Shown here piece after piece: positions 39,746 through 48,644 of a DNA stretch of 64,000 bases. A program made the position numbers and the translations under genes. Origin of the DNA: Sandaracinus sp. (lineage in GTDB: Bacteria > Myxococcota_A > Polyangia > Polyangiales > Houyiibacteriaceae); contig JACKEH010000009.1 of NCBI GenBank assembly GCA_020633125.1, forward strand, positions 27,680-91,679. Direction: 5' to 3'. Every line of letters begins with the position of its first letter. Position 1 is the stretch's first letter. The notes below the pieces were generated by a model. The model did not search any database. It saw only the letters and a program-made list of their open reading frames with translations, and was not told where the DNA came from.

Positions 39746-39978
39746 CCGTCTGCTTCGGGCACACGAGCCGCGATCACGCGTCTCGGGGAGAGCGTCTGAG
39801 GGACCGCGCTCTGGAGGCGGGGGCGGGTGTGGGCGGAGCTGGAGCCGAGAGGTCCAGCACACCTCCGCCGTCCGAGCGGCTGAACGGAGCGAAGTCCGTG
39901 GAAGGGTCGCCCCGCTCGACCAACGGAGCGCGCCCGCACACGCCGCCTCGACCGAGCTTCAGCTCGACGCCGCGGCGT

Positions 39979-41127
39979 TCACTCCGCGGCCGACGTGTCC
40001 GCCGGCCCCTGCGGGAGCTGCAAGGTGCCGTCACTCGTGCTCGCGGCCGCGGAGCCTTCGGGCGCCGGCCCGAGCATCACCGCGACCCACGCGAGGTCTT
40101 CGGTGTGGGCCAACCAGTTCTTGAGGAACATCGTGAGCGGGCCGGAGAGCAGCGCGCCGACCGGGCCGAGCAGGTAGCCCCAGAAGAGCATCGAGAGGAA
40201 GACGACCAGCGGCGAGAGGCCGAGCGCTTCGCCCATCAGACGAGGCTCGACGAGGCTGCCGATGATCGCGTTGATCACCGTGTACCCGCCCGCGACCGCC
40301 AGCGCGGTGCCCGGCCCGCTGATCACGAGCGCCAGAATCACCGGCGGGATCGACGCGATGATGCTCCCGACGGTCGGGATGAAGTTCAGCAAGAACGCGA
40401 GCACGCCCCAGAGGAGCGCGAGGTCGACGCCGAGGTAGTGACACCACACGCCCACGAGCACGCCCGTCGCGGCGCTGGTGCCGAGCTTCACGACCAAGAA
40501 GGCTTTGACCTCCTGCATCGTCACGCGAATCGCCGCGAGCTCTTCGCGGTCGTGCAGCACCCGGCGAATCTTGCTTCGCAGCGTGGTCGCCTCGACCAGC
40601 ATGAAGCCGGTCACGAAGAGCACGAGCACCAGCCGCGACACGACGGAGGCCAGGCTCTTGAGCGTGGCGCCGAGCGCCTCGACCAACGCGCCCGGGCTGG
40701 TGAGGCCGGGGATGATCTCGTCCGAGGTCTCGACGCCGTGCACGTCGAGCCACGCCGACGCCGAGAGGATCAGCTCCTCGATGCGCATCCGGTAGAGCTC
40801 TTGGCGCGCCCCCAGCTCGGCGATGGCGCCACCGAGCACCAACCCGACCGCGGTGACCGCGGCGGCGTCGAGCAAGAGGCCCGCGAGCACCGCGACGACC
40901 GTCGGGACCCTCCGTCGCTTGAGCCAGAGGACGAGCGGCGCGGTCGTGACCGCGAGAAAGCCCGCCAACAAGACGACCGACAGCACCGGCCGCGCCTCGG
41001 CCAGGCCGTAGGCGACGACGACGGCGGCGGCTCCGACGATGAACGCGTTCCTTCCGCGGCGATGGACCACGGCGACACGGTAGCAGGACGCCGCAACGCC
41101 GGCAGGAATCGCGCTCGCGGCCCCCAC
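39979..41127 (-). CDS. AI-2E family transporter (UPF0118/PerM-like)
   Basis: About 8 TM helices with a family-like C-terminal half (FLLNFIPTVGSIIASIPPVILAL...LVEPRLMGEALGLSPLVVFLSMLFWGYLLGPVGALLSGPL). The GTG start abuts the stop of the upstream kinase gene. Confidence 0.85.
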   Translation of the reverse strand: MGAASAIPAGVAASCYRVAVVHRRGRNAFIVGAAAVVVAYGLAEARPVLSVVLLAGFLAVTTAPLVLWLKRRRVPTVVAVLAGLLLDAAAVTAVGLVLGGAIAELGARQELYRMRIEELILSASAWLDVHGVETSDEIIPGLTSPGALVEALGATLKSLASVVSRLVLVLFVTGFMLVEATTLRSKIRRVLHDREELAAIRVTMQEVKAFLVVKLGTSAATGVLVGVWCHYLGVDLALLWGVLAFLLNFIPTVGSIIASIPPVILALVISGPGTALAVAGGYTVINAIIGSLVEPRLMGEALGLSPLVVFLSMLFWGYLLGPVGALLSGPLTMFLKNWLAHTEDLAWVAVMLGPAPEGSAAASTSDGTLQLPQGPADTSAAE

Positions 41128-42654
41128 TCAGCGGCGGGGCGCGGGAAGCTCGAAGGTGAAGCGTGCGCCCCCCTGGGGCCCTTGGCTCGTGTACGAAAGG
41201 TGACCGCCGTGGGCCTCCACGAGCTGGCGCGCGAGGCTCAGCCCGATGCCCAGGCCCGCGCGACCGCCGCTCGGCTTCTTCAGGTCGCGAAACGCGAGGA
41301 AGATGCGCTGGGTGTCTTCGGGAGGCAGCCCGATCGCGTCGAGCGTGACCACGCAGAACGCCCCGTCGCGCTCGCCCCGGAGCTCGAGCATGCCGTTCGG
41401 CGTCATGCGGACGACGTGCGCCAACACGCCCACGAAGGCCTGCACCATGCGCTCCCGATCGACGTCCATCGGAGGCCAGTCGGGCAGCTCGACCGAGATC
41501 TCGAGGTCGTGGATGGGCGCCGAGCGACGCGCGCGCTCGACCGCTTCTTCGATCACCTCGGTGAGCGAGGTCGGCTGCCGATGAATCGCGAGCCGTCCGG
41601 CTTCGAGGCGGGCCGTGTCGACGATCTCCGTGACCAGCTGCGAGAGCACCTCGCCGCTCTCGAGGATCGCGCGAACGCTCGTGAGCTGCTCGGCGTTGAG
41701 CGGACCGTCGACCTCCTCCGCCAGCAGATCCGCAAAGCCGGTGATCGAATGAAGCGGCGCGCGAAGGTCGTGGCTCATGTGCGCGAGGAAACGCGTCTTG
41801 ATGCGCTGGGTCTCCTCGACGCTGCGCCGCGCCTTCAACTGCGCTTGGGCGCGCTGCACGTGGCGTCGCGCGAGCGCCTGCACGCGATTGCCCGCGTCGC
41901 GCGCGAGCGAGGAGCGCAGCCGTGAGCTCGGAAGCTCGACGTCACCCTCCGGCGCGGCGGCGAGCGCGCGCACGTACGTCGTCAGCACCCGAACGTCGCG
42001 CGCGATGCGGCGCCCGATCGCCGAACCGACCACGGCCCCGATCCCGCCGAAGCCCAAGACCGCGACGACCGGGAGGATCGACTCCGAGGCGTCGTAGGCG
42101 ATGGGCACGGCGAGGACCGAGCCTGCGAGCAAGACGACCGCGGAGGCCACGCGCAGCGCGTAGCGCAACGCGAGCTGAGGGCGCTCGGGCACGGGAATGC
42201 GCTCGATGGGCAGCCGACGGAGACGACGGCGCCAGGACATCGCGCGCCACGCCAACGCGAGGTGGAGCGACGCGTTCTGCTGGAACGCGAAAGCGAGCGA
42301 GGCCGCCGCCAGCCGCTCGCCCCGCGTCAGACCGGAGACCACCCCGTCGCCGAGGCCGTCGACGAGCGCCACGACGAAGAGGCCGAGCACCGACACGAGC
42401 GCGGTCTCGAGGGGCAGCGCGTAGAGACCGGCGATTTGCGCTTCGGTGGGCCGACGCGCCTTCAGCGCTGCGCGACGCCGCCACGCCGATGCGGTCGCCC
42501 ACACTACGAAGACGAGGTTCATCGCGCCGAGCAAACGCAAGAACCCGAGCGCCTCCTCGCCTCCCCACGGAAGGGCGAGCCAAGCCACGGCAGCGGCCGC
42601 GGCGCTCGCCGCCAGGGTCAACGCGGCCGCGACCACCACGAGGCGCGCGATCAC
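41128..42654 (-). CDS. polytopic sensor histidine kinase with degenerate N and G1 boxes
   Basis: About 6 N-terminal TM helices. H-box FLAHMSHDLRAPLHSITGFADLL and G2 GRAGLGIGLSLARQLVEAHGG are present. The N-box position reads GVLAHVVRM (no Asn) and G1 reads LDAIGLP. The start overlaps the upstream stop (GTGA). Confidence 0.85.
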   Translation of the reverse strand: MIARLVVVAAALTLAASAAAAAVAWLALPWGGEEALGFLRLLGAMNLVFVVWATASAWRRRAALKARRPTEAQIAGLYALPLETALVSVLGLFVVALVDGLGDGVVSGLTRGERLAAASLAFAFQQNASLHLALAWRAMSWRRRLRRLPIERIPVPERPQLALRYALRVASAVVLLAGSVLAVPIAYDASESILPVVAVLGFGGIGAVVGSAIGRRIARDVRVLTTYVRALAAAPEGDVELPSSRLRSSLARDAGNRVQALARRHVQRAQAQLKARRSVEETQRIKTRFLAHMSHDLRAPLHSITGFADLLAEEVDGPLNAEQLTSVRAILESGEVLSQLVTEIVDTARLEAGRLAIHRQPTSLTEVIEEAVERARRSAPIHDLEISVELPDWPPMDVDRERMVQAFVGVLAHVVRMTPNGMLELRGERDGAFCVVTLDAIGLPPEDTQRIFLAFRDLKKPSGGRAGLGIGLSLARQLVEAHGGHLSYTSQGPQGGARFTFELPAPRR

Positions 42655-43748
42655 TGCGCCTCCGTGGGAAGAATCACGGTGAAGGTGGAGCCCTTTCCGA
42701 CCCGACTCTCGGCGGTGAGGCGTCCGCCGTGAAGCTCGACGAGGCTCTTGGCGATCGCCAAGCCGAGCCCCGCGCCCCCGCGACGGCGACGCTCCGGCGT
42801 GCTCTCCACGAAGCGGTCGAACTCCTCGAAGATGCGATCGAGCGCGTCCTCCGGGATGCCGATGCCCGTGTCCACGATGCGAATCGCGACGCCACCCGCG
42901 ACGCGCCCCACCTGAAGTCGGACCTCGCCCTCGTCGGTGAACTTGATCGCGTTGCTTCCGAGGTTGGTCACGATCTGGCGAAGGCGCTTCGGGTCGGCCT
43001 CGACCTCGGGCACGTCGCCGTCGATCTCGACCACGAGGTCGACGCTCTTGCCGCCACGAAGCCCACGAAGCTCGGCCGCGACCTGGCTGACGATGGCACC
43101 CGGGGAGACCCTCACGCGCTCGAGTCGCAGCTGATCCGTCGCCGCGGCGCTGAGATCCAAGACGTCGTTGAAGAGCGCGACGAGGTGCTCGCCGGCACCT
43201 CGGATGATCCGGAGGTCTTGGATTTGATCCGCGTTCAACGGCCCGTCGATCTCGCCGAGCAAGACGTCGGCGAATCCCAGGATCGCGTTGAGCGGCGTGC
43301 GCAGCTCATGGCTGACCGCTTGGAGGAACTCGCCCTTGACGGCTTCGGCGGCCTCGGCCTCGCGAAGAAGGCGCGCCTCACGCGAGAGCGAGTCTTCGAA
43401 GGCGCGACGAAGCGCGTCGAACGCACGCACCAGCTGCCCGAGCTCGTCGAGGGTGCGAAGCGAGTGGTCCGCGCTCGGGGCTTCGTCGTCGATCATCGCG
43501 CGAAGACCTTCGTCCACGCGCACGAGGTCGTCGGAGAAGTCGCGCCCCGCCAGCCACGCGGTGAACGACGCGAGCGCCAACGAGGCCGCGCCGGCGAGCC
43601 CGAGCGCGACGACGAACTCCGCCTGGCGGGCCCCGGCGGCGCCCACGCCGAAGAGCGCCGCCAGCCCGAAGACGCCGAGCCCGAGGCTGACGACGAGCCC
43701 CACGGTCGCGAGGACCAGGCCGGTGCGTCGCGGGGCCATCCGGCTCAC
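42651..43748 (-). CDS. sensor histidine kinase (canonical HisKA + HATPase_c)
   Basis: Two TM helices. H-box FLQAVSHELRTPLNAILGFADVL, N-box VTNLGSNAIKFT, G1 VDTGIGIP and G2 GGAGLGLAIAKSLVELHGG. Confidence 0.9.
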   Translation of the reverse strand: MSRMAPRRTGLVLATVGLVVSLGLGVFGLAALFGVGAAGARQAEFVVALGLAGAASLALASFTAWLAGRDFSDDLVRVDEGLRAMIDDEAPSADHSLRTLDELGQLVRAFDALRRAFEDSLSREARLLREAEAAEAVKGEFLQAVSHELRTPLNAILGFADVLLGEIDGPLNADQIQDLRIIRGAGEHLVALFNDVLDLSAAATDQLRLERVRVSPGAIVSQVAAELRGLRGGKSVDLVVEIDGDVPEVEADPKRLRQIVTNLGSNAIKFTDEGEVRLQVGRVAGGVAIRIVDTGIGIPEDALDRIFEEFDRFVESTPERRRRGGAGLGLAIAKSLVELHGGRLTAESRVGKGSTFTVILPTEAQ

Positions 43749-45409
43749 GCGTGAAGGCGCGATTCGCGCGGGGGCCGAGGGCGAGCGGGAACGGGCGAGG
43801 TGCGCTTTTCACGCGGCGCTTCGACGTCGACGACCCGCGCGACCCGAACGAGCGTCGGAAGGTCCACGAGGCGCGCGAGCCTTCCGGCGGGCCCTCGAAC
43901 GACCGCGAGGTCGGCGAACGCGGCGGAGACGAGGCGCTCGGCCGGGGTGGACTCGCGCGTGACGACGAGACCGACGAAGCTGGGCGCGAGGCCGGTGGGC
44001 CCCGAGCGTTCGGTGGCGAGCACGTCGAGGCGAAGCAATCCCGGCGCGCGAGAGGCGGTCACCAGCCGGAGCCGCGCGTCTTGAAGCGCGCCGTGGGTGT
44101 CTCGGTGCACCGCGAGCTGGAGCGCGAGCCCCGAGAGCTCGGTGGCGGAGAGGCGTTCGGCGAGGCGCACCAAGCGGAGGAGGCGCTCGTGGTGCGTGCG
44201 TGGCAGCCGGTGGCGTGTGACCAAGACGGCGGGAACCGCGGCGAGGAGCACGTCGGACGGCGTCAGCCCACCGAGCCTCGAGGCCGCGAAGAAGAGCGCG
44301 GCGAAGGTCGCCAGGCCCGCGGCGCCGGTCGCGTCGATCCACGCGAGCCCCGTGAAACGAGCGACGACCGTTCGGCGTCGGGCCTCGCGCAGCTCGTCGG
44401 CGCCGGCGCGTGACCAAGAACCCAAGCGCGCCGCGTGCACGTCCGCGTTGCGGACCAACACCGAGAGCACCACGGCCGCGAGGACGGCGAGGCGTTCGAG
44501 CTCGGCGTCGACGACGTGGGCCGCGAGGACACCTGCGACGAGGAGCGCTCCACGAAGCCACCACGGCATCGGGACGACGAATTTCGCGACCGCGCCGCGA
44601 CGCTTCGCTTCGCGCGAGAAGAGGGCGAACGCGAGCAACGCGACGAAGCCGACGAGCAAGGGGCCGCCTCGAGGCCGGAGCGGAGCGCGCCGCGCCGCCG
44701 CGGTGCTGCGCAGCGGGGCGGGCGTGGCCTCGACTTCGCTCGTGGTCGGCAGCGTCGCTTCGCCGAGACCGGCGGTCAGCGCGTCGCGTGGCAGCTCGAA
44801 GCCGAGCTCCCAGCTCAAGGTTCGCGGCAGGTGAGCGCGCCGCCAACGCAGGAGCGTGCGGTCGCCCTGCTCTTCGCGGGCGCGGGTCAGCGTGACCAGC
44901 GCGTCTTCTTCGCCGAGGAAGCGCGCGCCACGCGGCGCGTCCAGCGTGACCTCGACTCCGTCCAGCCCCGACTGCCACCCCGGGAACGTCCAGCTGGCGC
45001 GGGCGCGCTCGCCTTCGTTCACGAAGCGTGAGGCCAGGCTCGCGCGGTATCGAAGTCGAATCGTGTGATGGCCTCGCCTCGGCCCCGCGCGGCGCGGAAA
45101 GGTCAGCGTGACGCGGCCGTCTTCCGACGCGCTCGCCCGCGCGACGAGGCGCTCGCCTTCGTCCGAGACGGAGACCGGCGAGGTCTCGGTCAGCTCGAGG
45201 TTTGGGTCGAGACCCGCGATTTCCAGCGATTCGAGCCAACCGCCGCGCACGTTGACGCGAACCACGAGCTCGACGTCGAGGGTTCCATCGCCCTCGAGTC
45301 GCAACGCCGCAGAGGCGGTTTGAACGTGGGCGTCCGTCCACGCATGCGCCGAGGTCGCGCTCGCGAGGACGAGCGCGACCGATGCGAACAGGACGAGGCC
45401 GCGAGCCAC
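43745..45409 (-). CDS. hypothetical membrane protein (secreted beta-rich N-domain + TM helices; DUF2207-like layout)
   Basis: Signal peptide MARGLVLFASVALVLASATSAHA, an N-domain of about 230 aa, at least 3 TM helices and a cytoplasmic Arg/Leu-rich tail. The stop overlaps the downstream kinase start. Confidence 0.5.
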   Translation of the reverse strand: MARGLVLFASVALVLASATSAHAWTDAHVQTASAALRLEGDGTLDVELVVRVNVRGGWLESLEIAGLDPNLELTETSPVSVSDEGERLVARASASEDGRVTLTFPRRAGPRRGHHTIRLRYRASLASRFVNEGERARASWTFPGWQSGLDGVEVTLDAPRGARFLGEEDALVTLTRAREEQGDRTLLRWRRAHLPRTLSWELGFELPRDALTAGLGEATLPTTSEVEATPAPLRSTAAARRAPLRPRGGPLLVGFVALLAFALFSREAKRRGAVAKFVVPMPWWLRGALLVAGVLAAHVVDAELERLAVLAAVVLSVLVRNADVHAARLGSWSRAGADELREARRRTVVARFTGLAWIDATGAAGLATFAALFFAASRLGGLTPSDVLLAAVPAVLVTRHRLPRTHHERLLRLVRLAERLSATELSGLALQLAVHRDTHGALQDARLRLVTASRAPGLLRLDVLATERSGPTGLAPSFVGLVVTRESTPAERLVSAAFADLAVVRGPAGRLARLVDLPTLVRVARVVDVEAPREKRTSPVPARPRPPRESRLHA

Positions 45410-45459
45410 CCACCGACGCTATGCGGCGGCCGGGATCGACGCGAGTTTTCGGCGATCGT

Positions 45460-46428
45460 TCAGTAGGTTCGCATCCAGCTCGGCATGAAGAGCAGCCCGA
45501 AGAGCACGAGGCAGAGCCACGCGACTGCGCGGCGCTTCGGCGAGAGCTCGCCCTCGTCGGTCGGTGGATGATCGATGCCGCCCACGCGAGAGAGCGCGGC
45601 CAACACCAGCGCCCACAGGATCCAGCTCGCCCCCGCGCTCAGGTCCCGGAACACGAAGCTCCACGGAGCCTTTGCGAGCAGCGTGGGCACACCGTGCACG
45701 AGGCCCATCGCGATTCCGACCACCGGAAGCGCGCCGAGCACCCATCGCGAACGACGGTTCTGCGATTCGCCGAAGAGCCCGAACGCGACGTGCCCCCCGT
45801 CGAGCTGTCCGAAAGGGACGAGGTTGATCATCGTGACCAACAACCCGGCCCACCCCGCGAGCGCTACCGAGTTGAGGTAGATGTCGTGACCGTCGGGAAT
45901 CTCGCCGTGGGTGAGACGGAGCAAGAGCGCATAGAGGATCGAATGCCCCTCCAGCATGACGGGCTCTTCGAGGGATCGCGCTTCGATCGCACGCACCTCC
46001 GAGGTGGCGAGGCCGTACGCGAGGATCGGCAGCGCAACGATCAAACCCGCGAGCGGTCCAGCCGCGCCGATGTCGACCAAGGCGTCGCGGCGTGCGATGC
46101 GCTGACGAATCTCGATGACGGCGCCCAGGTTTCCGAAGCCGAACGGGATCGGGATGAAATGGGGCGGCGAGAGGTCGACGCCGTGGAGCCGACCGACGAC
46201 GTAGTGGCCGAGCTCGTGGGTCAAGAGGATCGCCAGGAGCGGAAGCGCGAAGACCCAACCGGCGAGCGCGTCGCGCGGCGTCTGGACGTCCACGCCTTCG
46301 AGCAAGGCGCCGCCGTAGAGGGTCGTGCCCATCGTGGCGACGAAGAGCGCCAACGGCACGCGCCACTCTTGCCACACGCTGCGGCGCGCCGGGCTCGGGT
46401 CCTGCCCCGCGGCTTCCACGTCGCTCAT
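45460..46428 (-). CDS. M50-family site-2 (intramembrane zinc) metalloprotease
   Basis: HELGHYVVGRLHG (HExxH) within a TM helix. The second motif is NLVPFGQLDGGHV (NxxPxxxLDG). Polytopic. ATG 46428 overlaps the stop of the upstream gene (ATGA). Confidence 0.85.
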   Translation of the reverse strand: MSDVEAAGQDPSPARRSVWQEWRVPLALFVATMGTTLYGGALLEGVDVQTPRDALAGWVFALPLLAILLTHELGHYVVGRLHGVDLSPPHFIPIPFGFGNLGAVIEIRQRIARRDALVDIGAAGPLAGLIVALPILAYGLATSEVRAIEARSLEEPVMLEGHSILYALLLRLTHGEIPDGHDIYLNSVALAGWAGLLVTMINLVPFGQLDGGHVAFGLFGESQNRRSRWVLGALPVVGIAMGLVHGVPTLLAKAPWSFVFRDLSAGASWILWALVLAALSRVGGIDHPPTDEGELSPKRRAVAWLCLVLFGLLFMPSWMRTY

Positions 46429-46985
46429 GTTCCGAGCGCCCGCCGAAGGGCGTCGAGGCGCACGACCAGCCGTCCGTCGAGCGTTCCGAGATCGGTCCGC
46501 GCCACGCAATCGCCACGCTCGAGCGATTCGTCTTCTTCGAGCCGCGCGCCGACGAGCTCGGGCAAGTCCGCGATCGACGCGCGGTCCTCGGGATGCACGA
46601 CCAAGACGAGGCGGGTGGCGCGTTTCGCGCGCTCGAGCACGCCACGCACGACGTCCCGCACGCGCTCCGGGTGCAACGCCAGCTCTGCGTGCACGAGCCG
46701 TTCGGCGGCCGCGACGGCCAGACGCTTGAGGTCGGCCTCCGACTCCTCGCGCGCTCGATCGACGATCGCGTGGGCGCGCACCAACTGCCCGGCCGCTTCG
46801 GCGCGGCCTTCTTCGCGGGCTTCGCGGCGCGCCACCTCGCGCAGCTTCTCCGCCTCGGCGCGCGCGTCGGAGAGCAGCGCGTCGGCGCGTGCTTCGGCTT
46901 CTCGGAGGAGCTCCTCGGCGCGCGCTCGGGCGTCGAGCACCTCCGCAGGGAGCACCTTGCGCCCTGCTCGAACGATTCGCGTCAC
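46425..46985 (-). CDS. FliH/SctL-family protein (type III secretion / rotary-ATPase stator-like)
   Basis: N-terminal charged coiled coil (ARAEELLREAEARADALLSDARAEAEKLREVARREA). The C-terminal part is LVLVVHPEDRASIADL...EDESLERGDCVARTDLGTLDGRLVVRLDAL, which matches the FliH/YscL/HrpE family pattern. Confidence 0.7.
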   Translation of the reverse strand: MTRIVRAGRKVLPAEVLDARARAEELLREAEARADALLSDARAEAEKLREVARREAREEGRAEAAGQLVRAHAIVDRAREESEADLKRLAVAAAERLVHAELALHPERVRDVVRGVLERAKRATRLVLVVHPEDRASIADLPELVGARLEEDESLERGDCVARTDLGTLDGRLVVRLDALRRALGT

Positions 46986-47665
46986 GCCTCGTCCTCCTCG
47001 AATTTCTCGAGACCGCCCGAGGTCCCCTCGAGCACGGTCCCCTCGAGCTCTGGCACGTCGAGGGCACGCAGCTCGCGCCCCGCACGCGCCGGTCCGTCAC
47101 CGGCCGCACCTTCGAAGCCCGCCACCATCGCGCCCCAAGCCTCGAGCGAAATCCCACCGAGCACGAAGGCCTTCACGAGGACGTCGCCGCGTGTGTCGCG
47201 TCCCGCCTCGAGATCGCGCAGCGTCTGCACCGCGCCGGCTTCTTCCGCGCCCAACCGCTCCAACGCGCGAGCGTAGAGCGCCTCGTCCCGGGTCGCTGCG
47301 AGACGGCGCCGCGCGCGACCGAGCTCGGTTCCGTCCGCGCGCCGCGGCGAGACCCGCAGCAAACGCCGCAGGGTGTCGGCCAACCCCGGCGGGGGCGCGT
47401 AGCGACGACGCGGGGCCGCCCCCGGAGCGCCGAGCAGCGCACGTACGCGGGCCGGCGCGGACACGAGACGCTCCGGCGTCGGCGCGGGTCGAACCCGCGC
47501 GGCCACACGTTTGGCGAGGGTTCGCGGGTCCGAACCACGCGCATCCAACGCCGTACGTAGCTCCGGGGAGACACCGTCCACCGCGCCGAAGAGGCACTCG
47601 GCCATCCGAAAGGCGTCGAGCATTCCCTCGCTCCAGCCGCCTCGGGCCATGTCGGGTTCACCCAT
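46982..47665 (-). CDS. hypothetical protein (227 aa)
   Basis: Its stop overlaps the FliH-like start (GTGA). The composition is Arg/Ala-rich but less extreme than the competing frames. No family recognised. Confidence 0.45.
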   Translation of the reverse strand: MGEPDMARGGWSEGMLDAFRMAECLFGAVDGVSPELRTALDARGSDPRTLAKRVAARVRPAPTPERLVSAPARVRALLGAPGAAPRRRYAPPPGLADTLRRLLRVSPRRADGTELGRARRRLAATRDEALYARALERLGAEEAGAVQTLRDLEAGRDTRGDVLVKAFVLGGISLEAWGAMVAGFEGAAGDGPARAGRELRALDVPELEGTVLEGTSGGLEKFEEDEA

Positions 47666-47689
47666 CGCGTCGCCTCGAGGTCGGGCTCG

Positions 47690-48610
47690 TCATCGCCGCG
47701 TGCGTCGACGCCACGTCGTCCAGGCCGCCAAGCCGACGACCAGGGCGAACGACGTCGAGCCGCCGGTACCCGCTGCCGAGACCGAGCAGGACTCGAAATA
47801 GGTGCCCTGCACCGGCTCGAAACACACGGGCTCCATGTCGGTGTCGGCGTTGCCCAGCCCGTCGACGGCGTGCACGACGATGCAAACCGGCGCGACCGCT
47901 TCGTCGTCCGACAACACGAACGCCATGGTGGTCTCGGCGGTCGCGAGGTTGCGCACGCGCGCACGAAGCTCGGGCGCACGCACGTTCGCACCACGCGTCA
48001 GGTAGAGCAGGTACTCGACGCTCCCCGGAGGACCGTCGTCCACGGCGGGATCGAAGCGCACGTCCACGCGAAAGCCGCGGCCGCCTTCGCACGGGCGGTC
48101 GACACGTTGGGTCGTCGGGGTGTCGATGGGACCGAGCGAAGGACTCTCGGTGTCACGACGCATCCCGGTGCGAAAGTTGAAGTCGAGGTCGGCCTCGGCA
48201 CCACGCGCGATGCCGGCAAAGGCGGAGCTCGCCGGCAGGTCGCCGTCGGGGACGAAGAAGAGCCATCGGTCGCCCACGATCTCGGCGCGGCCCGGCACCA
48301 GCTCTCCGGTGCGGTCGCAGTCGAGGATGTCCCCCGGGTCGCAGAGTCGAAGCTCGATGAGACCACTCGGATCGATCTCCGGCCCGAGCGCGCCCTCGCC
48401 GTAGAGGACCTTCACGTACGCATCGATGGTCACGTTCGAGGCGCCGCTCGCCGGCGTCACCTCCACCGGCCCTCGAAAGGGCGGCTCGTCGCAACCGACG
48501 CCCGCATCCTGAGCGACGGCCGAGCGGCCCAGCACCATCGACGCGAGCGCGAAGAGAAGAACGTATCGACGCACGGGCGCACTATACCCATGCCCGCCAC
48601 ACCGAAGCAC
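47690..48610 (-). CDS. secreted protein with MYXO-CTERM-like C-terminal sorting tail
   Basis: The likely start is GTG 48574, giving the signal peptide VRRYVLLFALASMVLGRSAVAQ. The C-terminus is SCSVSAAGTGGSTSFALVVGLAAWTTWRRRTRR (Cys, Gly-rich stretch, TM helix, Arg cluster). Confidence 0.65.
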   Translation of the reverse strand: MLRCGGHGYSAPVRRYVLLFALASMVLGRSAVAQDAGVGCDEPPFRGPVEVTPASGASNVTIDAYVKVLYGEGALGPEIDPSGLIELRLCDPGDILDCDRTGELVPGRAEIVGDRWLFFVPDGDLPASSAFAGIARGAEADLDFNFRTGMRRDTESPSLGPIDTPTTQRVDRPCEGGRGFRVDVRFDPAVDDGPPGSVEYLLYLTRGANVRAPELRARVRNLATAETTMAFVLSDDEAVAPVCIVVHAVDGLGNADTDMEPVCFEPVQGTYFESCSVSAAGTGGSTSFALVVGLAAWTTWRRRTRR

Positions 48611-48644
48611 GCGAGTACCCGGCTGGGTCTGCTACGTTGCTCCG

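Noticed and set aside
46425-47665. A type III secretion or flagellar gene cluster.
   Set aside because: Only one FliH/SctL-like gene is recognisable. No SctN/FliI ATPase, export gate, ring or needle genes are nearby.
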